Below are positions 42,311 through 51,516 of a stretch of 51,516 nucleotides of DNA, one piece after another. This DNA comes from Janthinobacterium sp. Lineage in GTDB: Bacteria > Pseudomonadota > Gammaproteobacteria > Burkholderiales > Burkholderiaceae_D. The DNA is taken from positions 1 to 51,516 of the forward strand of contig JAYVUV010000436.1 in NCBI GenBank assembly GCA_043787615.1, read 5' to 3'. A model generated the notes under the pieces. The model was not told the DNA's origin, searched no databases, and was given only the letters and a program-made list of their open reading frames with translations. The number at the start of each line of letters is the position of its first letter. Within the stretch, counting starts at the first letter, position 1. A program made the translations under genes and the position numbers.

Positions 42311-43270
42311 ATGAACAAATTCGCCGAAATGCACTTTTTTGTGACGGTGGTCGACGCCGGCAGCATGACGCAGGCGGCGCGCCGTCTCGGCACCACCAAG
42401 TCGATGGTCAGCCAGCGCATGCAACAGCTGGAGCAGCGCCTCGGCATCGGCTTGCTGGCGCGCGGCCGCCTCACGCGCGTGACCGAGCCGGGGCGGATTT
42501 TTTACGCGCACAGCGTGCGCATCCTGGCCGACGTGGGCGAGGCCGAGGACGCGGTGCTGGCCGGCCAGGCCAGCATGCGCGGCCATTTGCGGGTGGCCGC
42601 GCCCATGGCGTTCACCGCGCGCTACGCCGCGCCGATGCTGGCCGGTTTCGCCAAGCTGTATCCGGAGCTGCGCCTGGATATCGATTCCGACGACCGCCAG
42701 GTCAATCTGCACGATGAAAATTACGACCTGGCGCTGCGCCTGGGCGCTTTGCGCGACTCCAGCCTGGTCGCCAAACCGATGGCGCCGAACCGGCATGTGA
42801 TCTGCGCCAGTCCGGCCTACCTGGCCGAGCGCGGGGTTCCGCTCGCGCCAGGCGATTTACATGCGCATGAAGGGCTGCTTTACGCCAACCGCGAACCGCA
42901 GGGAACCTGGCAGTTGCCGGTCGATGGCGAGCTCGCGTCGTTCCGCATCCGCTGCCGTATTCGCACCGACAACGGTTTCCAGTTGCTGGAGGCGGCCAAG
43001 GCCGGGCTCGGGCTGGCCATCCTGCCCACTTTCCTGGCCGCCGACGCGATCGCCGCCGACGCCTTGCGCATCGTGATGCCGGCGTTCGCGCCGTCCGGTG
43101 GCGCGCTGTCGGCCATCTACAGAAAATCGCACCGCGCCTCGCCCAAGATCCAGGCGCTGGTGAACTTCCTGACGGAGCGGATCGGGCGGCCGCCGATCTG
43201 GGATCGGGCGATTCAAGCGCAATTGCATGCCGCCGGCATGATCGACGGTTCGGAAATGCCGAACGGCTGA
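42311..43270 (+). CDS. LysR-family (CrgA-like) regulator
   Basis: GSMTQAARRLGTTKSMVSQRMQQLE HTH; DLALRLGALRDSSLVA. Confidence 0.92.
   Translation: MNKFAEMHFFVTVVDAGSMTQAARRLGTTKSMVSQRMQQLEQRLGIGLLARGRLTRVTEPGRIFYAHSVRILADVGEAEDAVLAGQASMRGHLRVAAPMAFTARYAAPMLAGFAKLYPELRLDIDSDDRQVNLHDENYDLALRLGALRDSSLVAKPMAPNRHVICASPAYLAERGVPLAPGDLHAHEGLLYANREPQGTWQLPVDGELASFRIRCRIRTDNGFQLLEAAKAGLGLAILPTFLAADAIAADALRIVMPAFAPSGGALSAIYRKSHRASPKIQALVNFLTERIGRPPIWDRAIQAQLHAAGMIDGSEMPNG
43248..43264. promoter_or_regulatory. Probable LysR recognition site for the GMC operon
   Basis: GTTCGG-AAATG-CCGAAC palindrome containing T-N11-A, about 90 bp before the GMC start and overlapping the last codons of lysR. Confidence 0.6.
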
Positions 43271-43352
43271 TTCGGTTTTTCCCGGCTTATGTAGATTTCA
43301 TCGTTGTCCTATTGTCTCGACGTTGGCGGATGTCCCGCCTCGTGGAGAAAAT

Positions 43353-44864
43353 ATGATCAATCAGGAATCGCGGATAGCCGATGTCATCATCGTCGGTGGC
43401 GGCTCGGCGGGCGCCGTCATGGCCAGGCGTCTGAGCGAAAACGGCGCGCGCCAAGTGCTGCTGCTCGAAGCCGGCCACAATTACGCGCCCCAGGGCTACC
43501 CGCAGCCGATCGCCAGCAGCGACATTCTGGGCGCGAACGGCGATCCCGCGTTCGAATGGGGTTATCGCAGCGCGCCCGGATATGTAGGGCATCCGATCGG
43601 CGCGGTGCGCGGCAAGGTGGTGGGCGGCAGTTCCGGCGTCAACGGCGCGGTGGCGATCCGCGCGCGGGCCGAGGACTTCCAGCGCTGGAATTTGCCCGGC
43701 TGGAGCTATGACGAGCTACTGCCCGCCTTTAAAAAGCTGGAGCGCCGCAGCGGCGGCGACGACGCCCTGCATGGACGCGAGGGACCGCTGCCGGTGCGCC
43801 AGCTGGGCATCGAAGATATCACGCCCATGCAGCGCGCCTTCGTCGCGGCCGCGCTGGCCCGGGGCTACCGGGCGGTCGACGATTTCGACGGCGCCGACGC
43901 GCATGGCGTCGGGCCGTATCCGATGAATATCGTGGACGGTGTGCGCGTCAACACCGGCATGGCCTATCTGTCGCCGGAGGTGCGCTCCCGGCCCAACCTG
44001 ACCATCCGCGCCGACACCATGGTCGACCGGGTGCTGTTCGACGGCCGGCGCGCGGTCGGCGTGCGGCTGGCCGATGGCGAACAACTGCTGGCCGGCGAAG
44101 TCGTTCTGTCGGCCGGCACCTACGGCAGCGCCGCCATCTTGCTGCGTTCCGGTGTCGGCCCGGCGGCGCATCTGCGCCAGTGGGCCATACCGCTGGTGGC
44201 CGATCTGCCGGTCGGCCTGAATCTGGTGGATCACCCTTTCTATTACAACGCGTATGCCGCCAAGGCGTCCGCGCTGGGCGCGCGCTCGCCCGTGATCGGC
44301 GCCAAATTGTGGACCCGTAGCGCGGACGCGGCGCCGGGCGAACTCGATTTGCACATCACCGCGACCCACCTTTTGCCGCCGCGGCCAGGGGTGGAGGTGG
44401 GCTTCGTGCTGGCGGTGGCGCTGACCCGGCCCTTGTCGCGTGGCCGGCTGTCGCTGACCAGCCGCGATCCGCTGGCGCCGCCCCACATCGATCTCAACTT
44501 TCTGGCCGACCCGCGCGACCGGGCGCGCTTGCTGGAAGGCGTGAAGCTGGCCCGCGAGATCGGCCAGACCGCGCCGCTGGCGGCGCTGATCGAGACCGAG
44601 CTCGATCCCGGCCCGCAAGCGCAATCGGACCAGGCCATCCTGGCATCCATCGAAGCGACCCTGGACACCTACCACCACCCGACTTCGACCGCGCCCATGG
44701 GTCCGAGCGGCGACCCGGCGGCGGTGGTCGATCTGGAAGGACGGGTGCACGGCCTGGATCGGCTGCGGGTGGTGGACGCCGCCATCTTCCCGGACGTGCC
44801 TTCGGTCGCCACCAATATCACCGTCATCGCCGCCGCCGAGCATATCGCCCGGCGCTACGAATGA
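43353..44864 (+). CDS. GMC-family FAD oxidoreductase
   Basis: GGGSAG, RGKVVGGSSGVNG, LLRSGVGP, YHHPTST, LRVVDA; GGAGA RBS. Confidence 0.9.
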   Translation: MINQESRIADVIIVGGGSAGAVMARRLSENGARQVLLLEAGHNYAPQGYPQPIASSDILGANGDPAFEWGYRSAPGYVGHPIGAVRGKVVGGSSGVNGAVAIRARAEDFQRWNLPGWSYDELLPAFKKLERRSGGDDALHGREGPLPVRQLGIEDITPMQRAFVAAALARGYRAVDDFDGADAHGVGPYPMNIVDGVRVNTGMAYLSPEVRSRPNLTIRADTMVDRVLFDGRRAVGVRLADGEQLLAGEVVLSAGTYGSAAILLRSGVGPAAHLRQWAIPLVADLPVGLNLVDHPFYYNAYAAKASALGARSPVIGAKLWTRSADAAPGELDLHITATHLLPPRPGVEVGFVLAVALTRPLSRGRLSLTSRDPLAPPHIDLNFLADPRDRARLLEGVKLAREIGQTAPLAALIETELDPGPQAQSDQAILASIEATLDTYHHPTSTAPMGPSGDPAAVVDLEGRVHGLDRLRVVDAAIFPDVPSVATNITVIAAAEHIARRYE

Positions 44865-46348
44865 CCCCATCGAACCTGACGAAAGACGATATGAAAAATA
44901 CGATTGCATTGAACTGGATCGACGGCCAATGGGTGGATTCGGGCACGCACCGCGATTCCATCAACCCCGCCACCTATGCGCGCATCGGCAGTTATGCCGA
45001 CGCCGGCTTGCCCGAGGCGAGCGGCGCGGTCGCGGCGGCCGGGCGCGCCCTGCGCGACTCCGCCTGGCAAGACGACCGCGCCTTGCGCTCGCGGGTGCTG
45101 CACGAACTGGCCGACGCCTTCGAGCGTCACGCCGAGCAGTTGATCGCGCTGCTGGCCAGCGAGAACGGCAAGATCGAGGCGGAAGCCCGTTTCGAGGTAA
45201 GCATGGTGCCGTCCAAGTTGCGCTATTACGCCGCGCTCGTGCGCACCGAGCATGGCCGCGCCGCCGAGCCGAAGCCCGGCTCCCTGTCGGTGCTGCTGCG
45301 CGAGCCGATGGGCGTGGCCGGCATCATCGTGCCCTGGAACTCGCCCGTGGTGCTGATGATCCGTTCGCTGGCGCCGGCCCTGGCCGCCGGCTGTACCACG
45401 GTGATCAAAATGCCGGGCCAGACCGCGCAAACCAACGCCCTTGTGGCCTGGATCATGTCGCAGGCGCCCTCGCTGCCGCGCGGCGTGGTCAATCTGTTCA
45501 GCGAATCGGGCGCGACCGGCTCCAAATGGCTGGTCGAGTCGCCCGATGTGCCGGTGATCAGTTTCACCGGCAGCAGCGCCACCGGGCGCGCCATCGCGGC
45601 GGTGGGCGCGCGCCACCTCAAGCGCTTCGGCCTGGAGCTGGGCGGCAAGACGCCGATGATCGTTTTCGACGACGCCGACCTCGATGTCGCCGTGCCCAAG
45701 CTGGAAAAGGCGCTCACCGTTTTTTCCGGCCAGTTTTGCATGACCGGCTCGCGCCTCTTGGTACAGCGCGGGATCGCCGACGCCTTGCGCGCGCGGCTGG
45801 CGGCGCGCCTGGCCGAGGTCAAGGTGGGGCCGGCCTCCGACCCGGCCAGCGAGATGGGGCCGCTGATCGACAAGGCCAACGTGGCGCGGGTGGACCAGGT
45901 GGTGCGGGCCGCCATCGCCGCCGGCGCGCGCGTGATCGTGCGCGGCGGCCCGGCCACCGAAGGCGCCTTGGCCGCCGGCGCGTTTTATCGGCCCACCTTG
46001 CTGGAGGTGGACGACCCGGACCTCGATATCGTGCAGAAGGAGACCTTCGGGCCGGTGCTGACCTTGCAGATTTTCGACACCGAGGCCGAGGCGATCGCCC
46101 TGGCCAACAACAGCGAATACGGTCTGGCCGCCAGCATCTGGAGCCGCGACATCGACCGGCCCTTGCGGGTGGCGCGCAGGCTGGAAGCGGGCACCGTCTG
46201 GATCAACGACTGGGCCGTGGTGTACGACGAATTCGAGGAGGGCGGCTACAAACAGTCCGGCCTCGGGCGCCTCAACGGGATGGCCGCGATGGACGATTTC
46301 ATCCAGTACAAACATATCACGCTCAGTTCGGGCAGCGTGCCGCGCTAA
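44861..46348 (+). CDS. Aldehyde dehydrogenase
   Basis: PWNSP, FTGS, ELGGK, GQFC, ETFGPV, YGLAA. ATGA overlap with the GMC gene; alternative start at 44891. Confidence 0.93.
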   Translation: MTPSNLTKDDMKNTIALNWIDGQWVDSGTHRDSINPATYARIGSYADAGLPEASGAVAAAGRALRDSAWQDDRALRSRVLHELADAFERHAEQLIALLASENGKIEAEARFEVSMVPSKLRYYAALVRTEHGRAAEPKPGSLSVLLREPMGVAGIIVPWNSPVVLMIRSLAPALAAGCTTVIKMPGQTAQTNALVAWIMSQAPSLPRGVVNLFSESGATGSKWLVESPDVPVISFTGSSATGRAIAAVGARHLKRFGLELGGKTPMIVFDDADLDVAVPKLEKALTVFSGQFCMTGSRLLVQRGIADALRARLAARLAEVKVGPASDPASEMGPLIDKANVARVDQVVRAAIAAGARVIVRGGPATEGALAAGAFYRPTLLEVDDPDLDIVQKETFGPVLTLQIFDTEAEAIALANNSEYGLAASIWSRDIDRPLRVARRLEAGTVWINDWAVVYDEFEEGGYKQSGLGRLNGMAAMDDFIQYKHITLSSGSVPR

Positions 46349-46424
46349 ACCTTCAACCCCTATCGGGCGGCGACGTTTCCCCGCCTGGAAGTATCGATCA
46401 TTTCACCACAACGGAGCGACCACC

Positions 46425-46892
46425 ATGGCACTGACCCCTGCGGATAAACTGGACATCACCGAGCAAATCCACCGTCACCAACGCTACATCGACAACGACG
46501 CCAGCCCGGCATCGGCGCGGAAATACGCCGACCTGTATTGGCCGGACGCGACATTTCATACTCTCTACACCAACCCGGTCGGGCTGTACCAGGGTACCGA
46601 CAGCATCCGCCAGTTGTATGACTATGCGCACAGCGCTTTCCCGATCGACCAGCAAAAGCATCTGGTGTCCACCATGGTGCTGGAGGGCGACGGGAACGAG
46701 GCGACCGTGGAGTGGTACTGGATCGTCATGTGGCGCAAGGCGTTCACCGGGCTGGTCTCATCGGGCACGTATGTCGACCGTTTTCAAAAACGCGACGGCG
46801 TGTGGAAATGCCTGGAGCGCAAGCACGCGGTGGACGACAACTGGCCGCGCCCTTATTTCGACGATTTGATGGCCCGCGCCGCGGCCCGCTAG
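46425..46892 (+). CDS. SnoaL/NTF2-like protein
   Basis: LTPADKLDITEQIHRH...D, YADLYWPDATF, H.VST, GTYVDRFQKRDGVWK pattern. Confidence 0.8.
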   Translation: MALTPADKLDITEQIHRHQRYIDNDASPASARKYADLYWPDATFHTLYTNPVGLYQGTDSIRQLYDYAHSAFPIDQQKHLVSTMVLEGDGNEATVEWYWIVMWRKAFTGLVSSGTYVDRFQKRDGVWKCLERKHAVDDNWPRPYFDDLMARAAAR

Positions 46893-46940
46893 ACACCAGC
46901 GCGCCGCCCTCGCGCGGCGCAATTTACCGGAAAGTTCAAC

Positions 46941-47909
46941 TTGAATTCGACCTTGAATAACACCGCGCTCCACCAGGCGCTCCTGGACGCGCTGCGCGCG
47001 ACCTTCGGCCATCACCCCGGATGGCGCGCCACGCATGCCAAAGGCGTGCTTGCCGGAGGCACCTTCGTCGCCGGCGCCGAAGCCAAGGCGCTCACGCGCG
47101 CCGCCCATCTGCAAGGCCAGGCGGTGGCGTTCAGCGCGCGGTTCTCCAATTTCAGCGGCGTTCCCGGCACCGCCGATGGCGACCCCGGCGCCAACCCGCG
47201 CGGGCTAGCGCTGCGTTTCATGCTCGCCGATGGCGGCCACACCGATATCGTGGCCCATTCCTTCGATGGTTTTCCGGTGGCGACGCCGGAAGCGTTTCTG
47301 ACTTTTTTGGAGGGCATCGCGGCCGGCGCGGCCGACCCGCCCGATCCGGCGCCGCTGGCGGCCTTCCTGTCGGCCCATCCGGTCGCGCGCGCCTATCTGG
47401 ACGCGCCCAAGCCCGCGCCGTCCAGCTACCTGGCCGAATCCTATTATGGCGTCAACACCTTCCGCTTCCTCGATGCCCGGGGCCGGGCGACCCACGGGCG
47501 CTATCGCATCGAGCCGGTTCAAGCCGCGCCGCCGTTGAGCGACGAGCGGGCACGCGCCATGCCGCCCGACTTTTTGGCGCGCGAGCTGGCCGCGCGTCTG
47601 CGACAGGCGCCGTGCGCGCTGCGGCTGATGCTGCAAATCGCCGCGCCCGGCGACGCGCTCGACGACGGCTCGCTCGCATGGCCGCGCGGCGGCCCGTCCG
47701 CGCGCCGCGAAATCACGCTCGGCACCCTCACCGTGGAGACCATGGACCCGGCGGGGGATCCGGCCCGACAGCTGGCCGATCAACGCGCGCTGGACTTCAA
47801 CCCCGGCGGTCTCACTGACGGCATCGAAGCCTCGGGCGATCCCATGATCGGGGCGCGCGCGGCCATCTACCGGCTCGCGGCGCGGCGGCGCCAGGGCGAC
47901 GCGCGATGA
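46941..47909 (+). CDS. Catalase-related (SrpA-like) heme peroxidase
   Basis: HAKG distal His, RFSN, PRGLALRF, C-terminal ARAAIY proximal motif. TTG start uncertain. Confidence 0.82.
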   Translation: MNSTLNNTALHQALLDALRATFGHHPGWRATHAKGVLAGGTFVAGAEAKALTRAAHLQGQAVAFSARFSNFSGVPGTADGDPGANPRGLALRFMLADGGHTDIVAHSFDGFPVATPEAFLTFLEGIAAGAADPPDPAPLAAFLSAHPVARAYLDAPKPAPSSYLAESYYGVNTFRFLDARGRATHGRYRIEPVQAAPPLSDERARAMPPDFLARELAARLRQAPCALRLMLQIAAPGDALDDGSLAWPRGGPSARREITLGTLTVETMDPAGDPARQLADQRALDFNPGGLTDGIEASGDPMIGARAAIYRLAARRRQGDAR

Positions 47910-48463
47910 ACGCCGCCGCCGCGCAAGGGCAGGCGATCAGCGTGATCGTGCACGAGGTGCGCGCGCGGCACCGCATGCAATACGAGCGCTGGATGGCCGA
48001 GGCGACGGCGGCCCACCGGCGTTTTCCCGGCTATCTGGCGGGCGATGTGATCAGGCCGGTGGGTGAGCGTTTGCGCTATGTGGCGATCCTGCGTTTCGCC
48101 AGCGCCGACGCGGCCCAAGCCTGGCTCGGTTCCTCGGTGCGGCGCGAATTGCTCGACCGCGCCGCGCCGTGGCTGGCGCGCCCGGACCGCTATCAAGTCC
48201 ACCACGACGAGGAGTTCTGGTTCAATCCGCAGCGCGGCGTGGGCATGCCGAAACGCTGGAAGCAATGGGTGTTATCGACCCTGGCGGTGTTTCCGCTGTC
48301 GACCTTGCTACCGTGGGCGCTGGTGGCGGCGCTCGGCCCGCTGGCACCGGCGCTGCCGGCCATCGTGCTCAAGGCGCTGGGCGCCGGCGCCATCTCGGCG
48401 CTGATGGTGTATTGGCTGATGCCGTCCCTGACCCGCTTGGCGGCGCCATGGTTGTCGCGCTGA
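47906..48463 (+). CDS. ABM (antibiotic biosynthesis monooxygenase)-like domain with C-terminal TM helices
   Basis: YERWM...FPGYLAG...YVAILRFAS...W..S.VR; PKRWKQ followed by two TM segments. ATGA overlap with the upstream gene. Confidence 0.75.
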   Translation: MNAAAAQGQAISVIVHEVRARHRMQYERWMAEATAAHRRFPGYLAGDVIRPVGERLRYVAILRFASADAAQAWLGSSVRRELLDRAAPWLARPDRYQVHHDEEFWFNPQRGVGMPKRWKQWVLSTLAVFPLSTLLPWALVAALGPLAPALPAIVLKALGAGAISALMVYWLMPSLTRLAAPWLSR

Positions 48464-48494
48464 CGGCGCCGGTCGCCGCGCCGGAGATGGCACC

Positions 48495-49409
48495 ATGATG
48501 ACCGATTTGAACGCGCTGTCGGTGTTCGCCAAAGTGGCCGAAACCAGCAGTTTTTCGGAGGCGGCGCGGCGCTTGCAGATGCCGCTGTCGACCGTCAGCC
48601 GGCGCATCGCCGAACTGGAAAACCAGCTGGGCGTGCGGCTGCTGGAACGCTCGACCCGGCTGCTGCGCTTGACCGATATCGGCAGCGAGCTGTATCAGCA
48701 TGCGCGCGCGAGCTTGCAGCTGCGCGCGGCGGTGGACCAAGCCGTGTCCGACCAACTGGGCGAGGTGTCCGGCTTGTTGCGCCTGTCCGCGCCGCCCCAT
48801 ATCGCCGACGCCGTGCTAGCGCCCGTGATGTGCGCGTTCCAGGAAGCGTATCCCCGGGTGCGGGTGCGCGCCGTCATCGCCGAGCGCCATCTCGATCACA
48901 TCGCCGACGAAGTCGATCTGGCGTTCCGGGTCGGCCCGTTGAAGGATTCGTCGCTGGTGGCGCGCACGCTGATGCGCTACCGGCACCGTCTGGTGGCCTC
49001 GCCCCGCTATCTCGGCCGCGCGGCGCCGCCGTCGCTGCCGTCCGACTTGGCGCGGCATCGCTTGCTGGGGTTTTCGCCCGATGCCAGGGATTGCGACTGG
49101 CGATTCACCCACGTGTCCAAGGCGGATCAAGAAACGCTCACCTTCGCGCCGGCCCTGGCGATGAACGACTACGCGGGCCTGACGGCGGCCTTGCTGATGG
49201 ACGCCGGCATCGGCGAATTGCCGCCCATGGCCTTGTCCCAGCTGTTAGCGCAGGGAAAACTGGTCGAAGTGCTGCCCGAGTGGCGTCTGGCCGGCTGCGA
49301 CCTGTCGCTGGTCCATCTTGGCAATCGCCACATCGCGCGGCCCGTGAGCGCCTTCAATGAGTTCGCCACGCGCATGGTGCCGACCCTGTTCCCGCGCTTG
49401 CCTGGCTGA
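48495..49409 (+). CDS. LysR-family regulator
   Basis: SSFSEAARRLQMPLSTVSRRIAELENQLGVRLLERSTR. Confidence 0.93.
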   Translation: MMTDLNALSVFAKVAETSSFSEAARRLQMPLSTVSRRIAELENQLGVRLLERSTRLLRLTDIGSELYQHARASLQLRAAVDQAVSDQLGEVSGLLRLSAPPHIADAVLAPVMCAFQEAYPRVRVRAVIAERHLDHIADEVDLAFRVGPLKDSSLVARTLMRYRHRLVASPRYLGRAAPPSLPSDLARHRLLGFSPDARDCDWRFTHVSKADQETLTFAPALAMNDYAGLTAALLMDAGIGELPPMALSQLLAQGKLVEVLPEWRLAGCDLSLVHLGNRHIARPVSAFNEFATRMVPTLFPRLPG

Positions 49410-49461
49410 GCGCCGGCCGGGCGGCACTATAATGGGCGATCGGCGCGTGGACTGGGAAAAT

Positions 49462-51006
49462 ATGAAGGAAGCACCTGCTTCGACGCTGGCGTCGATTCTG
49501 CAACAAGCGGTCCAACTGCATCAGCGCGGCCGCTACGAGGCCGCGCTGGCGCTGTATCGCCAGGTGCTCGACATCGCGCCGCGCCAATTCGACGCCTTGC
49601 ACCTGTCGGGCGTGATCGCGCGCCAGCTCGGCCAGCCCGAGCGCGCCGCCGCGCTGATCGCCGACGCCATCGCGATCGACCCGAGCCAGGCGGCCGCGCA
49701 TTGCAATCTGGGCGCGGCCCTGCAAGACGCCGGGCGCGCGGCCGAGGCGTTGGCCAGTTACGAGCGGGCGCTCGCGCTCAAGCCGGATTACGCGCTGGCC
49801 TTCGGCAATCGCGGCAACGCGCTGCGCAAACTGGGCCGCCTGGAGGACGCGCTGGCCAGCTATGAACGGGCTTTGGCGCTGCGGCCGGCCTATCCCGAAG
49901 CCTGGTGCCAGCATGCCATCGCGCTGCAGGACCTGGGCCGCTCGGCGGCCGCCCTGGACAGCGCCGAACGCGCACTGGCGGGTCGCGCCGCCTATCCCGA
50001 GGCATGGTGCGCGCGCGGCCAGGCGCTGCAAGGCTTGCGCTGCTTCGAGGAAGCGCTGGCCAGTTACGAGCGCGCCATCGCCCTGGCGCCCGATTCGGCC
50101 GAGGCGTATTGCTGGCGCGGCACCGCGCAGCAGCGCCTGCGTCGATTCGAGGACGCCCTGCACAGCTACGAGCGGGCCGTGGCCCTGCGCCCCGGTTATG
50201 CGCTGGCCCACCAATACCGCGCCAACACGCTGCGCGCGTTGCAACGGACCGGGCAGGCGGTCGCCGCCTACCGCACGGCGCTGGAGCGGGGCGGCGATCC
50301 GGCGCAGATCGCCTATGCCCTGGCCGCGATCGGGGCCGGTGGCGCGCCGAACGCGTCGCCCGTCGATTATGTGAAAGGCTTGTTCGATCAATACGCGGAC
50401 CATTTCGACCGGCATCTGCTGGAGGTGCTCGCCTATCGCACCCCGGCCTTGCTGGACGCCGCGATCCGGCGCGCGCTGCCGCCCGATGCGCCAGCCCGGC
50501 TGGACACCCTGGACCTGGGCTGCGGCACCGGCCTGTGCGGCCATTATCTGCGCGCCTATTCGGGCACGCTGACGGGCGTCGACCTGTCGCCGAAGATGCT
50601 GGAAAAGGCCGCGCAGAGCGGCCTGTATGACGAGTTGCTGTGCGACGAGTTGCAGCGGTTTTTATCCGGGCGCGTCGATCGATACGACTTGATCGTGGCG
50701 GGCGATGTGTTTGTGTACCTGGGCGATCTGGCGCCCGTGTTCGCGCAAGCGCACCAGGCGCTGCGCCCCGGCGGCAGTTTCTGTTTCTCGGTCGAGGCGG
50801 CAGAGGCGGAAGAGGGGCCGGACATGTGTTTGCGGCCGTCGAACCGCTACGCGCATTCGCTACCCTACCTGCGGCGGCTGGCGCTGGCGGCCGGGTTCGA
50901 TGTGCTGGAGGCCGAGTCGCATCCGGCGCGGCAGGAACACGGGGTCGCCATCATGGCGTACGCCATGCTGTTGCGCAGCTTGAAGCGGCAAGCGGACGCC
51001 GCCTGA
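49462..51006 (+). CDS. TPR-repeat protein with C-terminal class I SAM methyltransferase
   Basis: About 8 34-aa TPRs (ALASYERALALxP); LFDQYA, LDLGCGTG, GVDLSPKML, DVFVYLGDL. Confidence 0.88.
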   Translation: MKEAPASTLASILQQAVQLHQRGRYEAALALYRQVLDIAPRQFDALHLSGVIARQLGQPERAAALIADAIAIDPSQAAAHCNLGAALQDAGRAAEALASYERALALKPDYALAFGNRGNALRKLGRLEDALASYERALALRPAYPEAWCQHAIALQDLGRSAAALDSAERALAGRAAYPEAWCARGQALQGLRCFEEALASYERAIALAPDSAEAYCWRGTAQQRLRRFEDALHSYERAVALRPGYALAHQYRANTLRALQRTGQAVAAYRTALERGGDPAQIAYALAAIGAGGAPNASPVDYVKGLFDQYADHFDRHLLEVLAYRTPALLDAAIRRALPPDAPARLDTLDLGCGTGLCGHYLRAYSGTLTGVDLSPKMLEKAAQSGLYDELLCDELQRFLSGRVDRYDLIVAGDVFVYLGDLAPVFAQAHQALRPGGSFCFSVEAAEAEEGPDMCLRPSNRYAHSLPYLRRLALAAGFDVLEAESHPARQEHGVAIMAYAMLLRSLKRQADAA

Positions 51007-51139
51007 GCGCGTGTCGATGGCGGCCGGGTCCGCGTCGTGCCGTCGGCGGCAGATCGCATACTGGAACGCGCTGGCCGAGTCGGAATGCGCGCGGCCCGGC
51101 GGGTAAGTCTGGCGGCGCCGCCATCCACAAGGCGGCAAG

Positions 51140-51409
51140 TTGTTTCGCGCCCGCTTGGCCCGAATCGGCGGCTGCGTGCTGTTCGACACCGCCAAACTGC
51201 GCACGACGGGCGGGTTCGATTTCTGGCGCGATTTGCCGCTTGACCATCGCGACGAGGATGCGCTGGCCCAGTTGCGGGTGGTGGAGCGTTTCGGCGCTTG
51301 CCATCTGTTTCCCTCGGCTTTTCATATGGCATTGCCAAACACATTGACCGAACCTGAGGTGGACCCGCTTCAGGCGCGGCACCGCCGAACCCGGGAACAG
51401 GAAAGGTAA
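51140..51409 (+). pseudogene. C-terminal remnant resembling a family-2 glycosyltransferase
   Basis: IGGCVLFDTAKLR..GGFDFW.DLP..H..ED..AQLRV fits the GT2 C-terminal GGF...ED motif. No intact N-terminal domain. Confidence 0.5.
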
Positions 51410-51516
51410 GCGCAGCCCTAGCAGCCTGTCGGACTTGGGCTCGTCGGCTGCAAAATGCGCTGGGACGGTCCATATTTCGCCGCTTTCTCGGCCAATAGCT
51501 CGCTATTGGCACTGCG

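Noticed and set aside
49740-50200. Recurring GCGCTGGCCAGYTAYGARCG motif at multiples of 102 nt, superficially array-like
   Set aside because: The period equals 34-codon TPR repeats inside a CDS. Not CRISPR, and no cas genes are present.

Overview
High-GC betaproteobacterial chromosome segment; gene content and style suggest Oxalobacteraceae/Massilia-like, which is an inference. It opens with the left part of an IS5-family element. About 35 kb of mostly housekeeping genes follow: a dihydrolipoamide dehydrogenase-like flavoprotein, rep, slyX, a TMEM175 K+ channel, a Dcp-like M3 peptidase, ygiQ, ahpCF with an OxyR box, tRNA-Val/tRNA-Asp, an MCP, a porin, dinB, rdgC, PEPCK, uvrA and ssb, with three LexA boxes. 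An AT-rich orphan T6SS cassette sits between rep and slyX: vgrG, a LysM + lysozyme-like + M23 cell-wall effector, and a probable periplasmic immunity gene. After ssb comes an accessory region: TetR/epoxide hydrolase with twin operators, a Pro-Thr-stalked M66 metalloprotease lipoprotein, a solitary PD-(D/E)xK nuclease-like gene, a LysR-flanked GMC oxidoreductase/ALDH/SnoaL/catalase-like operon and a TPR-methyltransferase. Four gene remnants are scattered through the window. No CRISPR array, rRNA or integrase was seen. All family calls come from motif recognition by eye; no database searches were run.
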